Shown here: piece by piece, positions 1 to 12,291 of the stretch
How positions within the stretch are numbered: the first letter of the stretch is position 1
Layout of the letters: each line of letters starts with the position of its first letter
Assembly (NCBI GenBank): GCA_009693335.1
Contig: SHXK01000001.1
Location: forward strand, 1,246 to 65,245
Origin: Betaproteobacteria bacterium
GTDB taxonomy: Bacteria; Pseudomonadota; Gammaproteobacteria; Burkholderiales; SG8-39
Reading direction: 5' to 3'
DNA: 64,000 nt
Program-made: the position numbers and the translations under genes
Notes under the pieces: generated by a model
What the model was told of the DNA's origin: nothing
Seen by the model: the letters and a program-made list of their open reading frames with translations, nothing else
Database searches by the model: none

Positions 1-852
1 GAGAGCGCGGATGGTGTTCATCACCTCTCGGGTCTCGCGCAATTTGAGGCTCGAGCGCGAAGCCGTGATGTTGACCAGCACGCCGCGCGCGCCGGCCAGG
101 TTCACACCTTCCAGCAGCGGGCAGGCGATCGCCTGCTCCGCGGCGATGCGCGCCCGATCAATGCCGTTCGCCACCGCTGAGCCCATCATCGCCACGCCCT
201 GCTCGGACATCACGGTGCGCACGTCCTGGAAGTCCACGTTCACCAGGCCCGGCTGGTTGATGATCTCGGCGATGCCAGCGACCGCGTTGTTCAGCACGTC
301 ATCGGCGGCTTCGAAAGCGTCTTCCTGGGTCACGTCGTCGCCGAGCACCTCTTCCAACTTGTCGTTGAGGATCACGATCAGCGAATCCACGTGCGGCGCC
401 AGCTCTTCGATGCCCCGCTCGGCGATTTTCATGCGCTTGGAGCCTTCCCAGGTAAAGGGCTTGGTGACCACCGCCACGGTGAGGATGCCCAGGGAACGCG
501 CCACCTCGGCAATGACCGGACCCGCGCCGGTGCCGGTGCCGCCGCCCATGCCGGCGGTGATGAACACCATGTGCGAGCCAGCGAGCGTTTCCTCGAGGCG
601 CGCGCGCTCGGCGATCGCCACGGCTCTCGCTTCCTCGGGTTTGGCGCCCGCCCCCAGTCCGCTGCTGCCGAGCTGGATCAGATTGCGCGCCTTGCTGCGG
701 GCCAGCACCTGCGCGTCGGTATTGGCGGCGTAAAACTCGACGCCTTCGACGCCCTTCTCGATCATGTGATCAACGGCGTTGCCGCCCGCGCCGCCGACAC
801 CGATCACCCTGATTACCGGACCTGCCGCTTGCTCGTTTACGATTTCGAACAT
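1..852 (-). CDS. ftsZ: Cell division protein FtsZ (first 284 codons; 3' end lies beyond window start)
   Basis: Absent from the ORF track because no stop lies in the window. Reverse complement from the ATG at 850-852 reads MFEIVNEQAAGPVIRVIGVGGAGG. The tubulin signature TAGMGGGTGTGA is encoded near 520-560. AAGGAG lies 6 nt upstream. It is the last gene of the dcw order. Confidence 0.95.
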   Translation of the reverse strand, partial: MFEIVNEQAAGPVIRVIGVGGAGGNAVDHMIEKGVEGVEFYAANTDAQVLARSKARNLIQLGSSGLGAGAKPEEARAVAIAERARLEETLAGSHMVFITAGMGGGTGTGAGPVIAEVARSLGILTVAVVTKPFTWEGSKRMKIAERGIEELAPHVDSLIVILNDKLEEVLGDDVTQEDAFEAADDVLNNAVAGIAEIINQPGLVNVDFQDVRTVMSEQGVAMMGSAVANGIDRARIAAEQAIACPLLEGVNLAGARGVLVNITASRSSLKLRETREVMNTIRAL

Positions 853-880
853 TTTTTTCTCCTTACCGGTTGGTCCAACA

Positions 881-2110
881 TCAAAAATTCCTCTGAAACC
901 AATCGCGCATCCGCGCCAATACCGCGCCCACGGAGCCGTTGTGCTTGGCAGTGCGCCCTTGCTGCAATTGGCTGGCGCCTTCGAATAAGAGGCCCATGGC
1001 GGTGGCGAAGCGCGGACTGCGTACCACCTCCGCCAAGCCGCCCTGGTACTTCGGCGCGCCGATGCGCACCGGCATGTGAAAAATCTCTTCGCCCAGCTCG
1101 ACCATGCCTTGCATCATCGAGCTGCCGCCCGTGAGCACGATGCCGGAGGACAGCAGCTCCTCATAACCGGATTCGCGCAGCACCTTCTGCACCATGGAAA
1201 ACAGTTCTTCGACCCGCGGCTCGATGACTTCGGCGAGCATCTGGCGCGACATGACGCGCGGCGCGCGCTCGCCGATGCCGGGCACCTCGATCATTTCGTT
1301 GGCATCGGCAAGCTGGCGCAGCGCCACGCCGTGGCGCGTTTTGATCGCTTCGGCCTCGGCGGTCGGCGTACGCAGGGCCATCGCGATGTCATTGGTGATC
1401 TGGTCGCCGGCGATCGGGATCACTGCGGTATGGCGGATCGCGCCGTGGGTGAAGATGGCAAGGTCGGTGGTGCCGCCGCCGATGTCCACCAGACACACGC
1501 CCAAGTCGCGTTCATCGTCCGAGAGCACCGCGCGCGCGGCGGCGAGCGGCTGCAGGATCAGGTCGTTCACCTCCAGGCCACAGCGCCGCACGCACTTGAC
1601 GATGTTCTGCGCCGCCGACACCGCGCCGGTGACGATGTGTACCTTCACTTCCAGGCGCACGCCAGACATGCCCACCGGCTCGCGCACATCCTCCTGGCCG
1701 TCGATGATGAATTCCTGCCGCAGAACGTGAAGAATCTGCTGATCGGTCGGAATGTTGACGGCCTTCGCCGTATCCACCGCGCGCGCCACATCCAGCGCGC
1801 TCACCTCGCGGTCTTTCACCGCCACCATGCCGGTGGAATTAAAGCTGCGGATATGGCTGCCGGCGATGCCGGTGTAGGCCGAGGCGATCTTGCAGCCGGC
1901 CATCAGTTCGGCTTCCTCCAACGCGCGCCGGATGTCCGCGACAGTGGCTTCGATGTTCACCACCACGCCTTTTTTGAGGCCCTTGGATTCATGGTCGCCC
2001 ATACCAAGCACGCTCAGCACACCGTCGGGCCCCAACTCGGCCACCAGCGCCGCCACCTTGGAGGTGCCGATGTCCAGGCCGACGACGAGCTGGCGGTTGT
2101 CTTTTGCCAT
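881..2110 (-). CDS. ftsA: Cell division protein FtsA
   Basis: 409-aa ORF with actin/Hsp70-fold motifs VVGLDIGTSKV and LVDIGGGTTDLAIF. Sits between ftsQ and ftsZ. Confidence 0.95.
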   Translation of the reverse strand: MAKDNRQLVVGLDIGTSKVAALVAELGPDGVLSVLGMGDHESKGLKKGVVVNIEATVADIRRALEEAELMAGCKIASAYTGIAGSHIRSFNSTGMVAVKDREVSALDVARAVDTAKAVNIPTDQQILHVLRQEFIIDGQEDVREPVGMSGVRLEVKVHIVTGAVSAAQNIVKCVRRCGLEVNDLILQPLAAARAVLSDDERDLGVCLVDIGGGTTDLAIFTHGAIRHTAVIPIAGDQITNDIAMALRTPTAEAEAIKTRHGVALRQLADANEMIEVPGIGERAPRVMSRQMLAEVIEPRVEELFSMVQKVLRESGYEELLSSGIVLTGGSSMMQGMVELGEEIFHMPVRIGAPKYQGGLAEVVRSPRFATAMGLLFEGASQLQQGRTAKHNGSVGAVLARMRDWFQRNF

Positions 2111-2111
2111 C

Positions 2112-2879
2112 TCAACTTTTCCAGCCGGCGACGCGCAGGGCGAAGCCGTTCGGGTAGCGCAGGTCCACGTAGCGGTCCTCGTTAGCGGCGCGGCGCGGCA
2201 AACGTGCGAGCGATTCCGGGTGGGCGGCGATAAAGCGCGTCAGGCGCTGCTCGACCGACTCGGCGCCGTCGCGGCCGAGCTCAAGATTCAGGCCGCCGGC
2301 CAAGCGCAGCTGCCAGGCGTGGCGCGGCGTCAACACCACCGCCACCACCACCCGATCGGGGATCTCTCCCAGCGGCGCCAGCAGTTCGCCAAAACGCCGG
2401 TAACGCCGCGCCAGTTCGGCGGCGCTGCCCGCCGGGCCGGCAAGGAGCGGCAGCTTCGCCGCGCTACCCTCATCCATGGGTGCTGCGAAGGGCTCGCCAA
2501 AAGTGTTTACCAGACCCCGCGACTGGAGCTCGCCCACGCCCTGGCCCCAGCGCGCGTAGGCAATGTGCTCTTCGAGCTTGACTTCGATGCGCTGCGGCCA
2601 AACGCGTCGCAGCTCCACGCGCCGCACCCAGCTGACCTGCTCCAGGCGCTCGCGCACTGTGGCCAAGTCGGCGGCGAAAAAATTACCACCGACTCCCTCC
2701 AGCGCACTTTCGATGTCGGCGGCAGCGGCGTGCTTCAGCTCGCCTCGCACCACGACCTCTTCTAGCGGGAACAGTGGTGAACGCAGCAGCAGTTGCAAAC
2801 CGGCGTAGGCGAACAGCAGCAGCGCCAGCCCAATCAGGAGGTTGGCTGCCGCGTTCAACATTCTTGGGTTATCCCACAT
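2112..2879 (-). CDS. ftsQ: Cell division protein FtsQ
   Basis: 255-aa ORF with one N-terminal TM helix ([19 protein letters not shown]) followed by a POTRA-like region. Its stop lies 1 nt before the ftsA start. Position is ddl-ftsQ-ftsA. Confidence 0.85.
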   Translation of the reverse strand: MWDNPRMLNAAANLLIGLALLLFAYAGLQLLLRSPLFPLEEVVVRGELKHAAAADIESALEGVGGNFFAADLATVRERLEQVSWVRRVELRRVWPQRIEVKLEEHIAYARWGQGVGELQSRGLVNTFGEPFAAPMDEGSAAKLPLLAGPAGSAAELARRYRRFGELLAPLGEIPDRVVVAVVLTPRHAWQLRLAGGLNLELGRDGAESVEQRLTRFIAAHPESLARLPRRAANEDRYVDLRYPNGFALRVAGWKS

Positions 2880-3792
2880 GGGATCCTTCCAGAATCTTCA
2901 CGCACAGCTCGGCGTAGGAAATACCCGCCGCGCGCGCCGCCATGGGCACCAGGCTGTGGCCGGTCATGCCGGGCGAAGTATTGACTTCGAGCAGCCAGGG
3001 CTCGTCTTGCGCATCGAGCATCAGGTCGACGCGCCCCCAAGCGGAGCAGCCCAGCAAATTGAAAGCTTGCAAGGCGAGCGCGTTCAGGGCTTGTTCCTTC
3101 TGCGCCGGCAAACCGCAGGGACAAATGTATTTTGTGGCGTCGGTGAAATACTTGTTCTGGTAGTCGTAGTTGCCTTGCGGCGCCTCGATGCGGATCAAAG
3201 GCAGCGTCGCGCCGTCCAGGATGCTGGCGGTGAATTCGGCGCCTTCGATGTACTGTTCGGCCAGCGCCAGATCGTGGTACTCGTTGGCCGCCAGCTCATA
3301 GGCCGCCGGTAACTGCGCCACCGATGTCACTTTGGTCAGACCGAGCGTCGAGCCCTCGCAGGCGGGCTTGACGATCAGCGGCAGCCCAAGCGCGCCCGCG
3401 ACTTCGTTCCAGTCGTCGTCGGCGGCCAGGATGCGGTAGCGCGGCGTCGGCAAGCCGCTCGCCAGCCAGATCATTTTGCTGCGCCATTTGTCCATGCCGA
3501 TGGCCGAGCCCAGCACGCCACTGCCGGTATAGGGCAGGCCGAGCACTTCCAGCGCCCCCTGCACAGCGCCGTCTTCGCCACCGCGCCCGTGCAAGGCGAT
3601 GAAGCAGCGCGCGTAACCTTCGCGCTTTAGCTCGAACAGATCGCGCTCGGCCGGATCGAAAGCGTGCGCGTCCACACCTGCGGAGCACAAAGCCTGGAGT
3701 ACGCCGTTGCCGCTCATCAGCGAAATCTCGCGCTCGGCCGATTTCCCGCCCAGCAACACGGCGACCTTGCCGAATTTTTCGGGGGCATTCAT
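2869..3792 (-). CDS. ddl: D-alanine--D-alanine ligase
   Basis: The real gene is the last 307 codons ([25 protein letters not shown]...) of the 650-aa track ORF. ATP-grasp Ddl family. ATGA overlap with the murB stop. Confidence 0.93.
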   Translation of the reverse strand: MNAPEKFGKVAVLLGGKSAEREISLMSGNGVLQALCSAGVDAHAFDPAERDLFELKREGYARCFIALHGRGGEDGAVQGALEVLGLPYTGSGVLGSAIGMDKWRSKMIWLASGLPTPRYRILAADDDWNEVAGALGLPLIVKPACEGSTLGLTKVTSVAQLPAAYELAANEYHDLALAEQYIEGAEFTASILDGATLPLIRIEAPQGNYDYQNKYFTDATKYICPCGLPAQKEQALNALALQAFNLLGCSAWGRVDLMLDAQDEPWLLEVNTSPGMTGHSLVPMAARAAGISYAELCVKILEGSHVG

Positions 3793-4712
3793 GCGGCTTC
3801 CCCGACGATGTGCACTTCGGGCACCAAGCGGACCTCGGTTTTTTCCTCGACCTCCGCTTGCACCTGCAGGATCAAGCCTTCGATGTCGGCGGCGCTGGCC
3901 GCACCGCCCGGATTGACGATGAAGTTGGCGTGCTTCTCCGAGACACGGGCACCGCCGCGCTCGGCCCCTCTCAGTCCGCAGAACTGGATCAGTTTTGCCG
4001 CCGTCTTGCCTTCGGCCGGATTGCGGAACACGCTGCCGGCATTGGGCAACTGCAAGGGTTGCGTCGAGCGGCGCTTGCGCAGTAGCGCCTGCATGATGGC
4101 GCGCGATTCGTCCCGGTGGCCTTCGGGCAGCCTGAAATGCGCCGAAGCGAACCATTCGTCGCCGTCGCTGCTGGCATCGGCCTTCAACTCGCAGTGGCGA
4201 TAGCCGAATTCGAATTCTTCCCTGGCGCGGCGGCGCAACTGGCCATGCCGGTTGATGGTCACCACGCGCTCGACAATGTCCCAGGTCTCGCCGCCGTAGC
4301 AACCAGCATTGCCGGCGAGCGCGCCGCCGACGGTGCCGGGAATTCCGGTGAGGAACTCGGCGCTGCCCAGGTTGTTGTCGGCCGCGAAGCGCGCGACGCG
4401 CGGGCAGGCAACACCCGCTTCGGCATACAACAGCCCGTCTTCCATGCGCGAACGCTTGCTGGCGGCATGGGTCAAGATCACCGTGCCCGGCCAGCCGCCT
4501 TCGCGCACCAGCAGGTTGGAGCCCAAGCCGACGAACAGGATAGGCTCGGCCGCCGGCAACTGCCCCAGAAAGTTGGAGAGGTCCTCGAGATCCACCGGAG
4601 CGAAGCAGCGCTGCGCGGGGCCGCCCGCTTTCCAGCTCACATGCCACGACATCGGTTGGTCGCGCCGTAGTTCGCCGCGCAGACCCTGGAATTGGATCGT
4701 CTCTGTACTCAT
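3789..4712 (-). CDS. murB: UDP-N-acetylenolpyruvoylglucosamine reductase
   Basis: 307-aa ORF with an FAD-binding N-terminal half (LGSNLLV) and a C-terminal [14 protein letters not shown] segment typical of MurB. ATGA overlaps on both sides. Confidence 0.92.
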   Translation of the reverse strand: MSTETIQFQGLRGELRRDQPMSWHVSWKAGGPAQRCFAPVDLEDLSNFLGQLPAAEPILFVGLGSNLLVREGGWPGTVILTHAASKRSRMEDGLLYAEAGVACPRVARFAADNNLGSAEFLTGIPGTVGGALAGNAGCYGGETWDIVERVVTINRHGQLRRRAREEFEFGYRHCELKADASSDGDEWFASAHFRLPEGHRDESRAIMQALLRKRRSTQPLQLPNAGSVFRNPAEGKTAAKLIQFCGLRGAERGGARVSEKHANFIVNPGGAASAADIEGLILQVQAEVEEKTEVRLVPEVHIVGEAA

Positions 4713-6166
4713 GACAGGCTCTTACGCATGGCAGAAGCAGCCATGTCGTTACCAATGGCAGAAGCAGCCATGTGCGCCGCCACGGTGCCGATCGAACCCG
4801 CGCCCATGCATAGCACCACATCGCCGTCGCGCGCCACCTGCCGGATGCCCTCCGCCATGCGGCCGAGGTCCTCGATAAACACCGGTTCCAGCTTGCCGGC
4901 GGAGCGCACGGCGCGCGCCAGGGATGGGCCGTCGGCGGCCGCGATCACCGGCTCGCCCGCCGCGTACACATCGGCGAGCACCAGCGCGTCCGCTGTTGAG
5001 AGCACCTTGACGAAGTCCTCGAACAGATCCCGCGTCCGGCTGTAGCGATGCGGCTGGAACGCCAGCACCAACCGGCGGCCGGGAAACGCGCCGCGCGCGG
5101 CCGCGATCGTCGCCGCCATCTCCGCGGGGTGGTGGCCGTAGTCGTCCACCAAAGTGAAACACCCACCACCGGGCTTGGTCGCATCCAGGGGGACTTCCCC
5201 ACAACGCTGGAAGCGCCTGCCCACGCCTCTGAATTCGGCCAGGGCTTTGACGATCGCTGGCTCCGGGATGCCCAGCTCCAGGCCGATGGCGATCGCCGCC
5301 AGCGAATTGAGCACGTTGTGGTGGCCGGGCAGGTTGAGGGTAACTTCCATCGGCGGCGCGCTGGCGTGAGGCATGCCGGCGCGCCACACCCGGAAGCGCA
5401 TCTGACCCGCGGCATGCTCGATGTCTACGGCGCGCACCATCGCTTCCGCGCCCGTACCGTAGGTCACCACCGGCTTGGAGACGAAGGGCAGGATCTCGCG
5501 CACATACGGGTCATCCGCGCACAACACCGCGCTGCCGTAGAAAGGCAGGTTCTGCAGGAACTGGACAAAAGCCTGCTTCAGCCGCGCGAAATCGTGCTGA
5601 TAGGTCTCCATGTGGTCGGCATCGATGTTGGTGACCACCGCGTGCACCGGCTGCAGGTGCAGGAAGCTCGCGTCCGACTCGTCGGCCTCGACGACGATGA
5701 AATCGCCCGCGCCCAGACGCGCATTCGAGCCCGCGGCGTTCAGCCTGCCGCCGATCACGAAGGTCGGGTCCATGCCGCCCTCGGCGAGGACGCTCGCCAC
5801 CAGGCTGGTGGTGGTGGTCTTGCCGTGGGTGCCGGCGATGGCGATGCCCTGCTTCAGGCGCATCAATTCGGCCAGCATCAGCGCACGCGGCACCACCGCG
5901 ACGCGCTTGGCGCGCGCGGCGGCCACCTCGGGGTTGTCGCCTTTCACCGCGGTCGACACCACCACGGCGTCGGCGCCTTCGATGTTGGCCTTGTCGTGCT
6001 TGATGATGATCTTCGCGCCCAACTGGGCCAGACGGCGCGTGGCGGTGTTCTCCGCCAAGTCCGAGCCGCTCACCTGGAAGCCCAGATTCACCAGCACTTC
6101 GGCGATGCCGCTCATTCCCGAGCCGCCGATGCCGACAAAATGTATGTGTCTGACCTTGTGCTTCAT
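4709..6166 (-). CDS. murC: UDP-N-acetylmuramate--L-alanine ligase
   Basis: Mur ligase with [17 protein letters not shown] and the [11 protein letters not shown]-loop. Start taken at [10 protein letters not shown] (ATG at 6166), which gives a 4-bp overlap with the murG stop. The track ORF begins 10 codons upstream. Confidence 0.92.
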   Translation of the reverse strand: MKHKVRHIHFVGIGGSGMSGIAEVLVNLGFQVSGSDLAENTATRRLAQLGAKIIIKHDKANIEGADAVVVSTAVKGDNPEVAAARAKRVAVVPRALMLAELMRLKQGIAIAGTHGKTTTTSLVASVLAEGGMDPTFVIGGRLNAAGSNARLGAGDFIVVEADESDASFLHLQPVHAVVTNIDADHMETYQHDFARLKQAFVQFLQNLPFYGSAVLCADDPYVREILPFVSKPVVTYGTGAEAMVRAVDIEHAAGQMRFRVWRAGMPHASAPPMEVTLNLPGHHNVLNSLAAIAIGLELGIPEPAIVKALAEFRGVGRRFQRCGEVPLDATKPGGGCFTLVDDYGHHPAEMAATIAAARGAFPGRRLVLAFQPHRYSRTRDLFEDFVKVLSTADALVLADVYAAGEPVIAAADGPSLARAVRSAGKLEPVFIEDLGRMAEGIRQVARDGDVVLCMGAGSIGTVAAHMAASAIGNDMAASAMRKSLS

Positions 6167-7236
6167 CCGGGTTTTCCGAGCACGAGCGCCACGCAACGAT
6201 CGGCGACGACGCTTGCCGCCTCGGGTTTGCCGAGCGACCTTGCCTGCTCCGCCATGGCCAGCAGCGCCGGACGATCCAGCGAGCGGATCACCGCTGCCAG
6301 GCTCTGCGGCGTGAGACTTTCCTGTGGCAGCAATATCGCCGCGCCTGGCGCCGACAAAAAACGCGCATTAGCGCTCTGGTGGTCATCCACCGCGTGCGGG
6401 AACGGCACCAACACGCTGGCCATGCCGCCCGCCGAGAGCTCGGCGATGGTCATCGCACCGGCGCGGCAGATGACCAGGTCAGCTGCGGCGTAGCGCTGCG
6501 CCATGTCGTCGATGAACGCGAGCAGCTCGCCCTGGATGTTTTCTTGCGCGTAATTTTTTTTCAGGCTTGGCAAATGTTTCTCGCCGGACTGATGGACCAC
6601 CCGCGGCCGGTCGGCGACGGGAAAAAGAGCCAGGGCTCTGGGCACCACCTCGTTCAAAGCCTGCGCCCCCAGGCTGCCGCCCACCACCAGGACGCGCAGC
6701 GGCCCGCTCCTGCCGGCGTAACGCGCGGCGGGTGGCGCGATCGCGGCGATCTCCGCGCGCACCGGATTGCCGGTCCATTCGGCGTTCTTCAGCGCATCCG
6801 GAAACCCAGCCAGCGTCTTGTCGGCGAGGCCGGCGAGCACGCGGTTGGTGAATCCGGCGATGGCGTTTTGTTCGTGCACCACCAACGGCCGGGCCAGGAG
6901 CGAGGCCATCATGCCGCCGGGGAAAGCGACATAACCGCCCATGCCGAGCACCACGTCGGGCCGGATGCGGAAAATCGCGCTGGCACTTTGCCAGAAACCG
7001 ATCAGCAGCCTGAACGGCAGCAGCAGCTTTGCCGCCAGGCCTTTGCCGCGCAGCGCCGCGGCGCGGATCCACGCCACCGGATAGCCGCGCGCCGGCACCA
7101 GCCGCTCCTCGATGCCGCCGCGCGCGCCCATCCACACCACCTTCCAGCCACGGTCGCGTATCTCGTCGGCCACCGCCAGCCCGGGAAACACGTGCCCGCC
7201 GGTGCCGCCCGCCATGATGAGGATGGTTTTATTCAT
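6163..7236 (-). CDS. murG: UDP-GlcNAc:lipid I N-acetylglucosaminyltransferase MurG
   Basis: 357-aa ORF; N-terminal [17 protein letters not shown] motif of GT28 MurG. Confidence 0.95.
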   Translation of the reverse strand: MNKTILIMAGGTGGHVFPGLAVADEIRDRGWKVVWMGARGGIEERLVPARGYPVAWIRAAALRGKGLAAKLLLPFRLLIGFWQSASAIFRIRPDVVLGMGGYVAFPGGMMASLLARPLVVHEQNAIAGFTNRVLAGLADKTLAGFPDALKNAEWTGNPVRAEIAAIAPPAARYAGRSGPLRVLVVGGSLGAQALNEVVPRALALFPVADRPRVVHQSGEKHLPSLKKNYAQENIQGELLAFIDDMAQRYAAADLVICRAGAMTIAELSAGGMASVLVPFPHAVDDHQSANARFLSAPGAAILLPQESLTPQSLAAVIRSLDRPALLAMAEQARSLGKPEAASVVADRCVALVLGKPG

Positions 7237-7266
7237 GCACTGTCACGCGTTGGGTGAGGAACGCAC

Positions 7267-8448
7267 TCATGCGTTGAGCCCCCGCGCCAGCTGGCGGTTT
7301 TCCCAGTCGATGCGGATCAGCACCGCGATCGCCACGCAGTTCACGATCAGGCTCGAACCGCCGAAGCTCATCAGCGGCAGGGTCAGTCCCTTGGTGGGCA
7401 GCAGGCCCACGTTGACGCCCATGTTGACGAACGTCTGAAAGCCGATCCAGATGCCGATGCCCTGCGCCAGGAGCGCGGCGAAATTGCGCTCGCGCAGCGC
7501 CGCTTGGCGGCCGATGGCGAAAGCGCGCAGCACGACCCAGACGAACAGCGCGATCACACCCAAAACGCCCAGCAGCCCGAGTTCCTCGGCGATCACCGCC
7601 AGCAGGAAATCGGTGTGCGCCTCGGGCAGGTAGAGCAGCTTCTCGACGCTGGCGCCGAGGCCGACGCCCAGCCATTCGCCGCGGCCAAAAGCGATCAGCG
7701 CGTGCGACAACTGGTAGCCCTTGCCGTAGGCATCGGACCAGGGATCCATGAAGCCGAAGATGCGCTGCATGCGGTATTGCGACGAGAGCACCAGCAGCGC
7801 GAAACCCGTGCCGAGCATCGCCAGCAGTGCGCCGAAGTGCCGGCCGCTCATGCCGCCAAGGAACAGCACGCCGAAGGCGGTCATCGCGACTACCACCAGG
7901 GCGCCGAAATCCGGTTCACACAGCAGCAGCCACGCCACCACCAGCATCACCCCCAGCATCGGCAGCAGCCCCTGGCGGAAATTTTTCAGCACCGCGTGCT
8001 TGCGCACCGTGTAGTCGGCCGCATACAGCACCACCGCCAGTTTCATCAACTCCGAGGGCTGCATGGTGAGCATCCCCAGCTTCAACCAGCGCTGAGCGCC
8101 ATTGACCTCGCGACCGATGCCTGGAATCAGCACCAGCACCAACAGCACCATGCAGGCGGCAAAAAACCACGGCGCGGCTTTCTGCCAGAGGCGCAGCGGC
8201 ACCAGGAACACCGCGGTCGCGGTGCTTAGCGCGAGTACCAGATACAGGCTGTGCCGCAGGAGGAAGTAAGCGGGATTGTGGCCCGAGTTGCGGCCCGCTT
8301 CGGCGCTCGCAATCGACGACGAATACACCATCACCAGCCCGAGCGAGACCAGCAGCAGCGCCGCCCAGGCGAGCGAACGGTCGTATTCCACCGCCGCAGC
8401 GCCGGCGGTTCTCAGCTTGCTGCCTTGTCCAAATACGAAGCTCGCCAT
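7267..8448 (-). CDS. ftsW: Lipid II flippase/peptidoglycan polymerase FtsW (SEDS family)
   Basis: 393-aa polytopic membrane ORF with the C-terminal [14 protein letters not shown] motif. Sits between murD and murG. Confidence 0.93.
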   Translation of the reverse strand: MASFVFGQGSKLRTAGAAAVEYDRSLAWAALLLVSLGLVMVYSSSIASAEAGRNSGHNPAYFLLRHSLYLVLALSTATAVFLVPLRLWQKAAPWFFAACMVLLVLVLIPGIGREVNGAQRWLKLGMLTMQPSELMKLAVVLYAADYTVRKHAVLKNFRQGLLPMLGVMLVVAWLLLCEPDFGALVVVAMTAFGVLFLGGMSGRHFGALLAMLGTGFALLVLSSQYRMQRIFGFMDPWSDAYGKGYQLSHALIAFGRGEWLGVGLGASVEKLLYLPEAHTDFLLAVIAEELGLLGVLGVIALFVWVVLRAFAIGRQAALRERNFAALLAQGIGIWIGFQTFVNMGVNVGLLPTKGLTLPLMSFGGSSLIVNCVAIAVLIRIDWENRQLARGLNA

Positions 8449-9833
8449 CAGTCTTGCAGCCCCTTAACCGCCGCAGCAAAAACCTCTCCGCGGTGCCTGT
8501 AGTCGCGAAACATGTCGAAGCTCGCACAGGCGGGCGAGAGCAGCACCGCGTCGCCCGCTGCGGCGATGCGGGCGGCGCGCGCGACGGCCGCCTCGAGGGA
8601 AACACAACGCTCCAGCGGCACGCCGGCCAGGCTGAGCGCCCGCTCGATCAGCGCGGCGTCACGACCGATGAGAAGGACCTGCTTGGCGTGCTGCTGGAGG
8701 GCGGACGCCAGCGGCGCGAAATTTTGACCCTTGCCTACTCCCCCCAGAATCAGGATCGTTGGTTTCGACATTCCCTTCAGCGCCGCCACCGTGGCGCCGA
8801 CATTGGTGCCCTTGGAGTCGTCCAGCCATTCGACGCCACCATGCAATGCCACGCGCTGCATGCGGTGCGGCAGGCCCTGGAAGCTGCGCAAGCCGGGCGC
8901 CAACGCGGTGAGCGGCACGCCCGCGAACTGGGCGAGCGCGCAGGCCGCCAGCGCATTGGCCACGTTGTGCGCGCCGGCGAGCGGCAGTTCTGCCACCCCG
9001 AGGATGGGTTCGGCGCCGCGCGCCAGCCACTCTCGGCCATCGAGGTTCAAGATGCCGAAATCCTCTGGCATGGGCGGCGCATCCAGGCCAAAAGTCACTT
9101 GGGCGCGGCCCGGCAGCGACAGCGCCATGGAGGCCGCATCGCCGCGATTAAGGATCTGCACACCGTCACCGGCGAAAATACGCGCCTTGACGCCTACGTA
9201 CTCAGCGAGCCCGGCATAGCGGTCAAGATGGTCTTCCGAGAGGTTGAGCATTGCCGCCGCGACCGGCGCCAGCGACCAGGTCGTCTCGAGTTGGTAGCTG
9301 GAGAGTTCCAGCACCCACGCGGCAGGCGGATGTTTTCTTTGCAGAAGCGCCTCGAGCGCCGGAGGGGAAATGTTTCCCGCAACTTCGCAGTCAACGCCGG
9401 CCGCCCGGAGCAGGTGGCCAGTGAGTGCGGTGACTGTGCTTTTGCCATTGGTGCCGGTAATCGCGACGACCTTCTGTCTCACGGCCCAGGCGAACAACTC
9501 GATATCGCCAACGATGGGAATATCCCGGGCGCGCGCCGTTTGCACCAGTTCTTCCTGCAAGGACAAGCCCGGGCTGAGGCAAAGCAGATCGATATCTTTC
9601 AGCAATGAAGACTTGAAGGTGCCGGTATGCAGCTCGCCGGAAAATTCTTTCTGCCGCGGTGGCGTGGCGCGCGTGTCGGCGGCGCGCACCATGCCGCCCT
9701 CACTCTTGACCCAGTTCGCCACCGACAGCCCGGTGTCGCCCAGACCGAGAACCAATACGCGCTTGCCGACCAGCGCCACGGCTTGCGGGCGGGCGAGCGT
9801 GCTTAAGAACGGCGGGCGCATATCCATGCTCAC
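8448..9833 (-). CDS. murD: UDP-N-acetylmuramoylalanine--D-glutamate ligase
   Basis: 461-aa ORF with [12 protein letters not shown] at the N-terminus and the [10 protein letters not shown]-loop. 1-nt overlap with the ftsW start. Confidence 0.93.
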   Translation of the reverse strand: MSMDMRPPFLSTLARPQAVALVGKRVLVLGLGDTGLSVANWVKSEGGMVRAADTRATPPRQKEFSGELHTGTFKSSLLKDIDLLCLSPGLSLQEELVQTARARDIPIVGDIELFAWAVRQKVVAITGTNGKSTVTALTGHLLRAAGVDCEVAGNISPPALEALLQRKHPPAAWVLELSSYQLETTWSLAPVAAAMLNLSEDHLDRYAGLAEYVGVKARIFAGDGVQILNRGDAASMALSLPGRAQVTFGLDAPPMPEDFGILNLDGREWLARGAEPILGVAELPLAGAHNVANALAACALAQFAGVPLTALAPGLRSFQGLPHRMQRVALHGGVEWLDDSKGTNVGATVAALKGMSKPTILILGGVGKGQNFAPLASALQQHAKQVLLIGRDAALIERALSLAGVPLERCVSLEAAVARAARIAAAGDAVLLSPACASFDMFRDYRHRGEVFAAAVKGLQD

Positions 9834-10921
9834 CGCAACTTCAGCGTCGAGAGACCAAACAACACCAGCATCATGGTGATGATCCAGAAGCGCACCACCA
9901 CCTGGGATTCCTTCCAGCCTTCCAGCTCATAGTGGTGGTGCAGCGGCGCCATGCGAAAAATGCGCTTGCCACCGGTGGCCTTGAAGTAGATCACCTGAAT
10001 CATCACCGACAGGGTTTCGGCGACGAATACGCCGCCCATGATGAACAGCACGATTTCCTGTCGCACAATCACCGCGACGGTGCCCAGCGCGGCGCCCAGC
10101 GCCAGCGCGCCGACGTCCCCCATGAACACTTCGGCTGGATAGGCGTTGAACCAGAGGAATCCCAGGCCCGCGCCCACCAGCGCGCCGCAGAACACCGCCA
10201 GTTCGCCCGCGCCGGCGACGTAAGGTACGCCGAGGTATTTGGAAAACACGGCGTGGCCAGCGACGTAGGCAAAGATGCCGAGCGCGCCGCCCACCATAAC
10301 GGTGGGCATGATCGCCAGGCCGTCCAGCCCGTCGGTCAGGTTCACCGCGTTGGAAGTGCCGACGATGACCAAATAAGTGAGCACGATGAAACCGATCGCA
10401 CCTAGCGGGTAGGCGACGAACTTGAAGAACGGCACGATCAGGGTATTTAGCGCCGGGGTGCTCTGCGCCAGCCAGCCCAGATAGCAGGCTGCGGCCAGTC
10501 CGACCACCGACTGCCAGGCGAACTTCGCCTTCGCTGGCAGCCCCTTGGGGTTGCGATGCACCACCTTGCGGTAGTCATCGATCCAGCCGATGGTGCCGAA
10601 AGCAAGCGTCACCAGCAGCACTACCCAGAGGTAGCGATTGCCCAGGTCGCCCCACAGCAGCGTGGTGATGGCAATCGACAGCAGTATCAGCGCCCCGCCC
10701 ATGGTAGGGGTGCCAGTCTTGGTGAGGTGCGACTTGGGACCGTCATCGCGCACCATCTGGCCGATTTTGTAGGCGGCCAGCTTGCGGATCACATAAGGCC
10801 CGAGGATCAGCGAGATCGCCAGCGCAGTGAGGCAGGCCAGCACGGCGCGCAGCGTGAGGTAACTGAACACATTGAACAGCCGTACGTCCTTGGCCAGCCA
10901 TTGGGCAAGTTCGAGCAGCAT
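9830..10921 (-). CDS. mraY: Phospho-N-acetylmuramoyl-pentapeptide transferase
   Basis: 363-aa polytopic membrane ORF with the [13 protein letters not shown] motif of the MraY/WecA family. Confidence 0.95.
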   Translation of the reverse strand: MLLELAQWLAKDVRLFNVFSYLTLRAVLACLTALAISLILGPYVIRKLAAYKIGQMVRDDGPKSHLTKTGTPTMGGALILLSIAITTLLWGDLGNRYLWVVLLVTLAFGTIGWIDDYRKVVHRNPKGLPAKAKFAWQSVVGLAAACYLGWLAQSTPALNTLIVPFFKFVAYPLGAIGFIVLTYLVIVGTSNAVNLTDGLDGLAIMPTVMVGGALGIFAYVAGHAVFSKYLGVPYVAGAGELAVFCGALVGAGLGFLWFNAYPAEVFMGDVGALALGAALGTVAVIVRQEIVLFIMGGVFVAETLSVMIQVIYFKATGGKRIFRMAPLHHHYELEGWKESQVVVRFWIITMMLVLFGLSTLKLR

Positions 10922-12291
10922 CAGTGCACCGTCTCTTTCTCACCGCTCAATTCGGCGACCACGCGTTCCATGCGCATGAAACGCGAGCCTTTGACGAGAA
11001 TGGTTTTGGCTTCTATCTTTCTTTGCGCCAGCTTTTCCACATTGTCAAAATGCTCGGCGCCCTCGCCGAATGCATGCACGGCGTCCAGCGTCGCCGACCC
11101 CACAGCGAGGAGTAGGGCGACGCCCTTTTCCTTCGCGTACCTGCCCACTTCGGCGTGAAATTCGGGGCCCTGCGTTCCGACTTCGCCCATATCGCCCAGC
11201 ACCAGCGCGGTGGGACCCGGGCAGGACGCCAGCACCTCGATGGCGGCGCGCACCGAATCCGGATTCGCGTTGTAGCTGTCGTCGATCAAGGTGGCGCCGG
11301 CGGCGGTCTGCTTCACCTGCAACCGGCCGGTGGTGGGCCGGAACGCGGCCAGGCCCACGCCAATGTCAGCCGCTGGAATACCGGCGGCATACGCACAGGC
11401 CGCAGCGGCGAGCGCATTGCGCACGTTGTGCAGTCCGGGGATGGCGAGCGTCGCTTGCGCTACGCCGGAGGGTGTCTTGAGGACGATTTCGCTCTCCAGC
11501 GCTTTCAACACGTAGCGGCCGCTCACGTCACCGGTCTCGATGCCGAACTCGATGCGCTGGCGTTTGCCGGCTTTCTCCCGGAACACCCCACTCATCGGAT
11601 CCTCGGCATTCAGCACCGCAATGCCATCGTCCGGCAGCGCATCGAAAACGTTGGCGTTCTCGGCCGCCGCCGCCGCCACGCTACCCATGAACTCCAGATG
11701 TTCGCGCTGAGCGTTGGTGACGAGCGCGATGGTCGGCGCAGTGATCGCCGCCAGCGGCGCGATTTCGCCGGGATGATTCATGCCTATCTCAATGGCGCAG
11801 AAACGGTGCGTCGGCCGCATGCGCAGCAAGGTCACCGGCACGCCGATATCCCCGTTCAAGCTGCCCCGCGTGGCCAGCACCTGCGCCTCGCCGGCATGCG
11901 CGCGCAGGATCGAGGCCAGCATTTCCTTGGTGGTGGTCTTGCCGTTCGAACCGGTGATGGCGATCACCACGGGCGCAAAACGCAGACGCCAGTGCCGGCC
12001 CAGGCGTCCGAGCGCGCGCCGCGTATCGTCAGCGACCAGCAGCGGCAATGGTGCGGCGGAGGCCGAGTAGCGCGCATCCACCAGTGCCGCCACCGCGCCA
12101 CGTTCCTGCGCCATGGCGAGGAAATCATGGCCGTCGTAGTGTTCGCCACGGATGGCCACGAACAACTGGCCTTGGCCTAGGGTACGCGTGTCGGTGGAAA
12201 GGTCGTGGAAACGCGTCGTCTGGCCACCGTCCGCGCCGCCGCCCAACAAACGGGCGGCCATGGCACCGGCAGCTTCGGCGAGGCTCATCAT
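10921..12291 (-). CDS. murF: UDP-MurNAc-tripeptide--D-alanyl-D-alanine ligase
   Basis: 456-aa Mur ligase with the [14 protein letters not shown]-loop. Overlaps mraY by 1 nt and murE by 4 nt. Confidence 0.93.
   Translation of the reverse strand: MMSLAEAAGAMAARLLGGGADGGQTTRFHDLSTDTRTLGQGQLFVAIRGEHYDGHDFLAMAQERGAVAALVDARYSASAAPLPLLVADDTRRALGRLGRHWRLRFAPVVIAITGSNGKTTTKEMLASILRAHAGEAQVLATRGSLNGDIGVPVTLLRMRPTHRFCAIEIGMNHPGEIAPLAAITAPTIALVTNAQREHLEFMGSVAAAAAENANVFDALPDDGIAVLNAEDPMSGVFREKAGKRQRIEFGIETGDVSGRYVLKALESEIVLKTPSGVAQATLAIPGLHNVRNALAAAACAYAAGIPAADIGVGLAAFRPTTGRLQVKQTAAGATLIDDSYNANPDSVRAAIEVLASCPGPTALVLGDMGEVGTQGPEFHAEVGRYAKEKGVALLLAVGSATLDAVHAFGEGAEHFDNVEKLAQRKIEAKTILVKGSRFMRMERVVAELSGEKETVH

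Noticed and set aside
2869-4821. 650-aa minus-strand ORF that could be read as a giant Ddl fusion.
   Set aside because: Only the last 307 codons (from [10 protein letters not shown]) are Ddl. The upstream 343 codons are an out-of-frame read through murB with a low-complexity Arg-rich translation.
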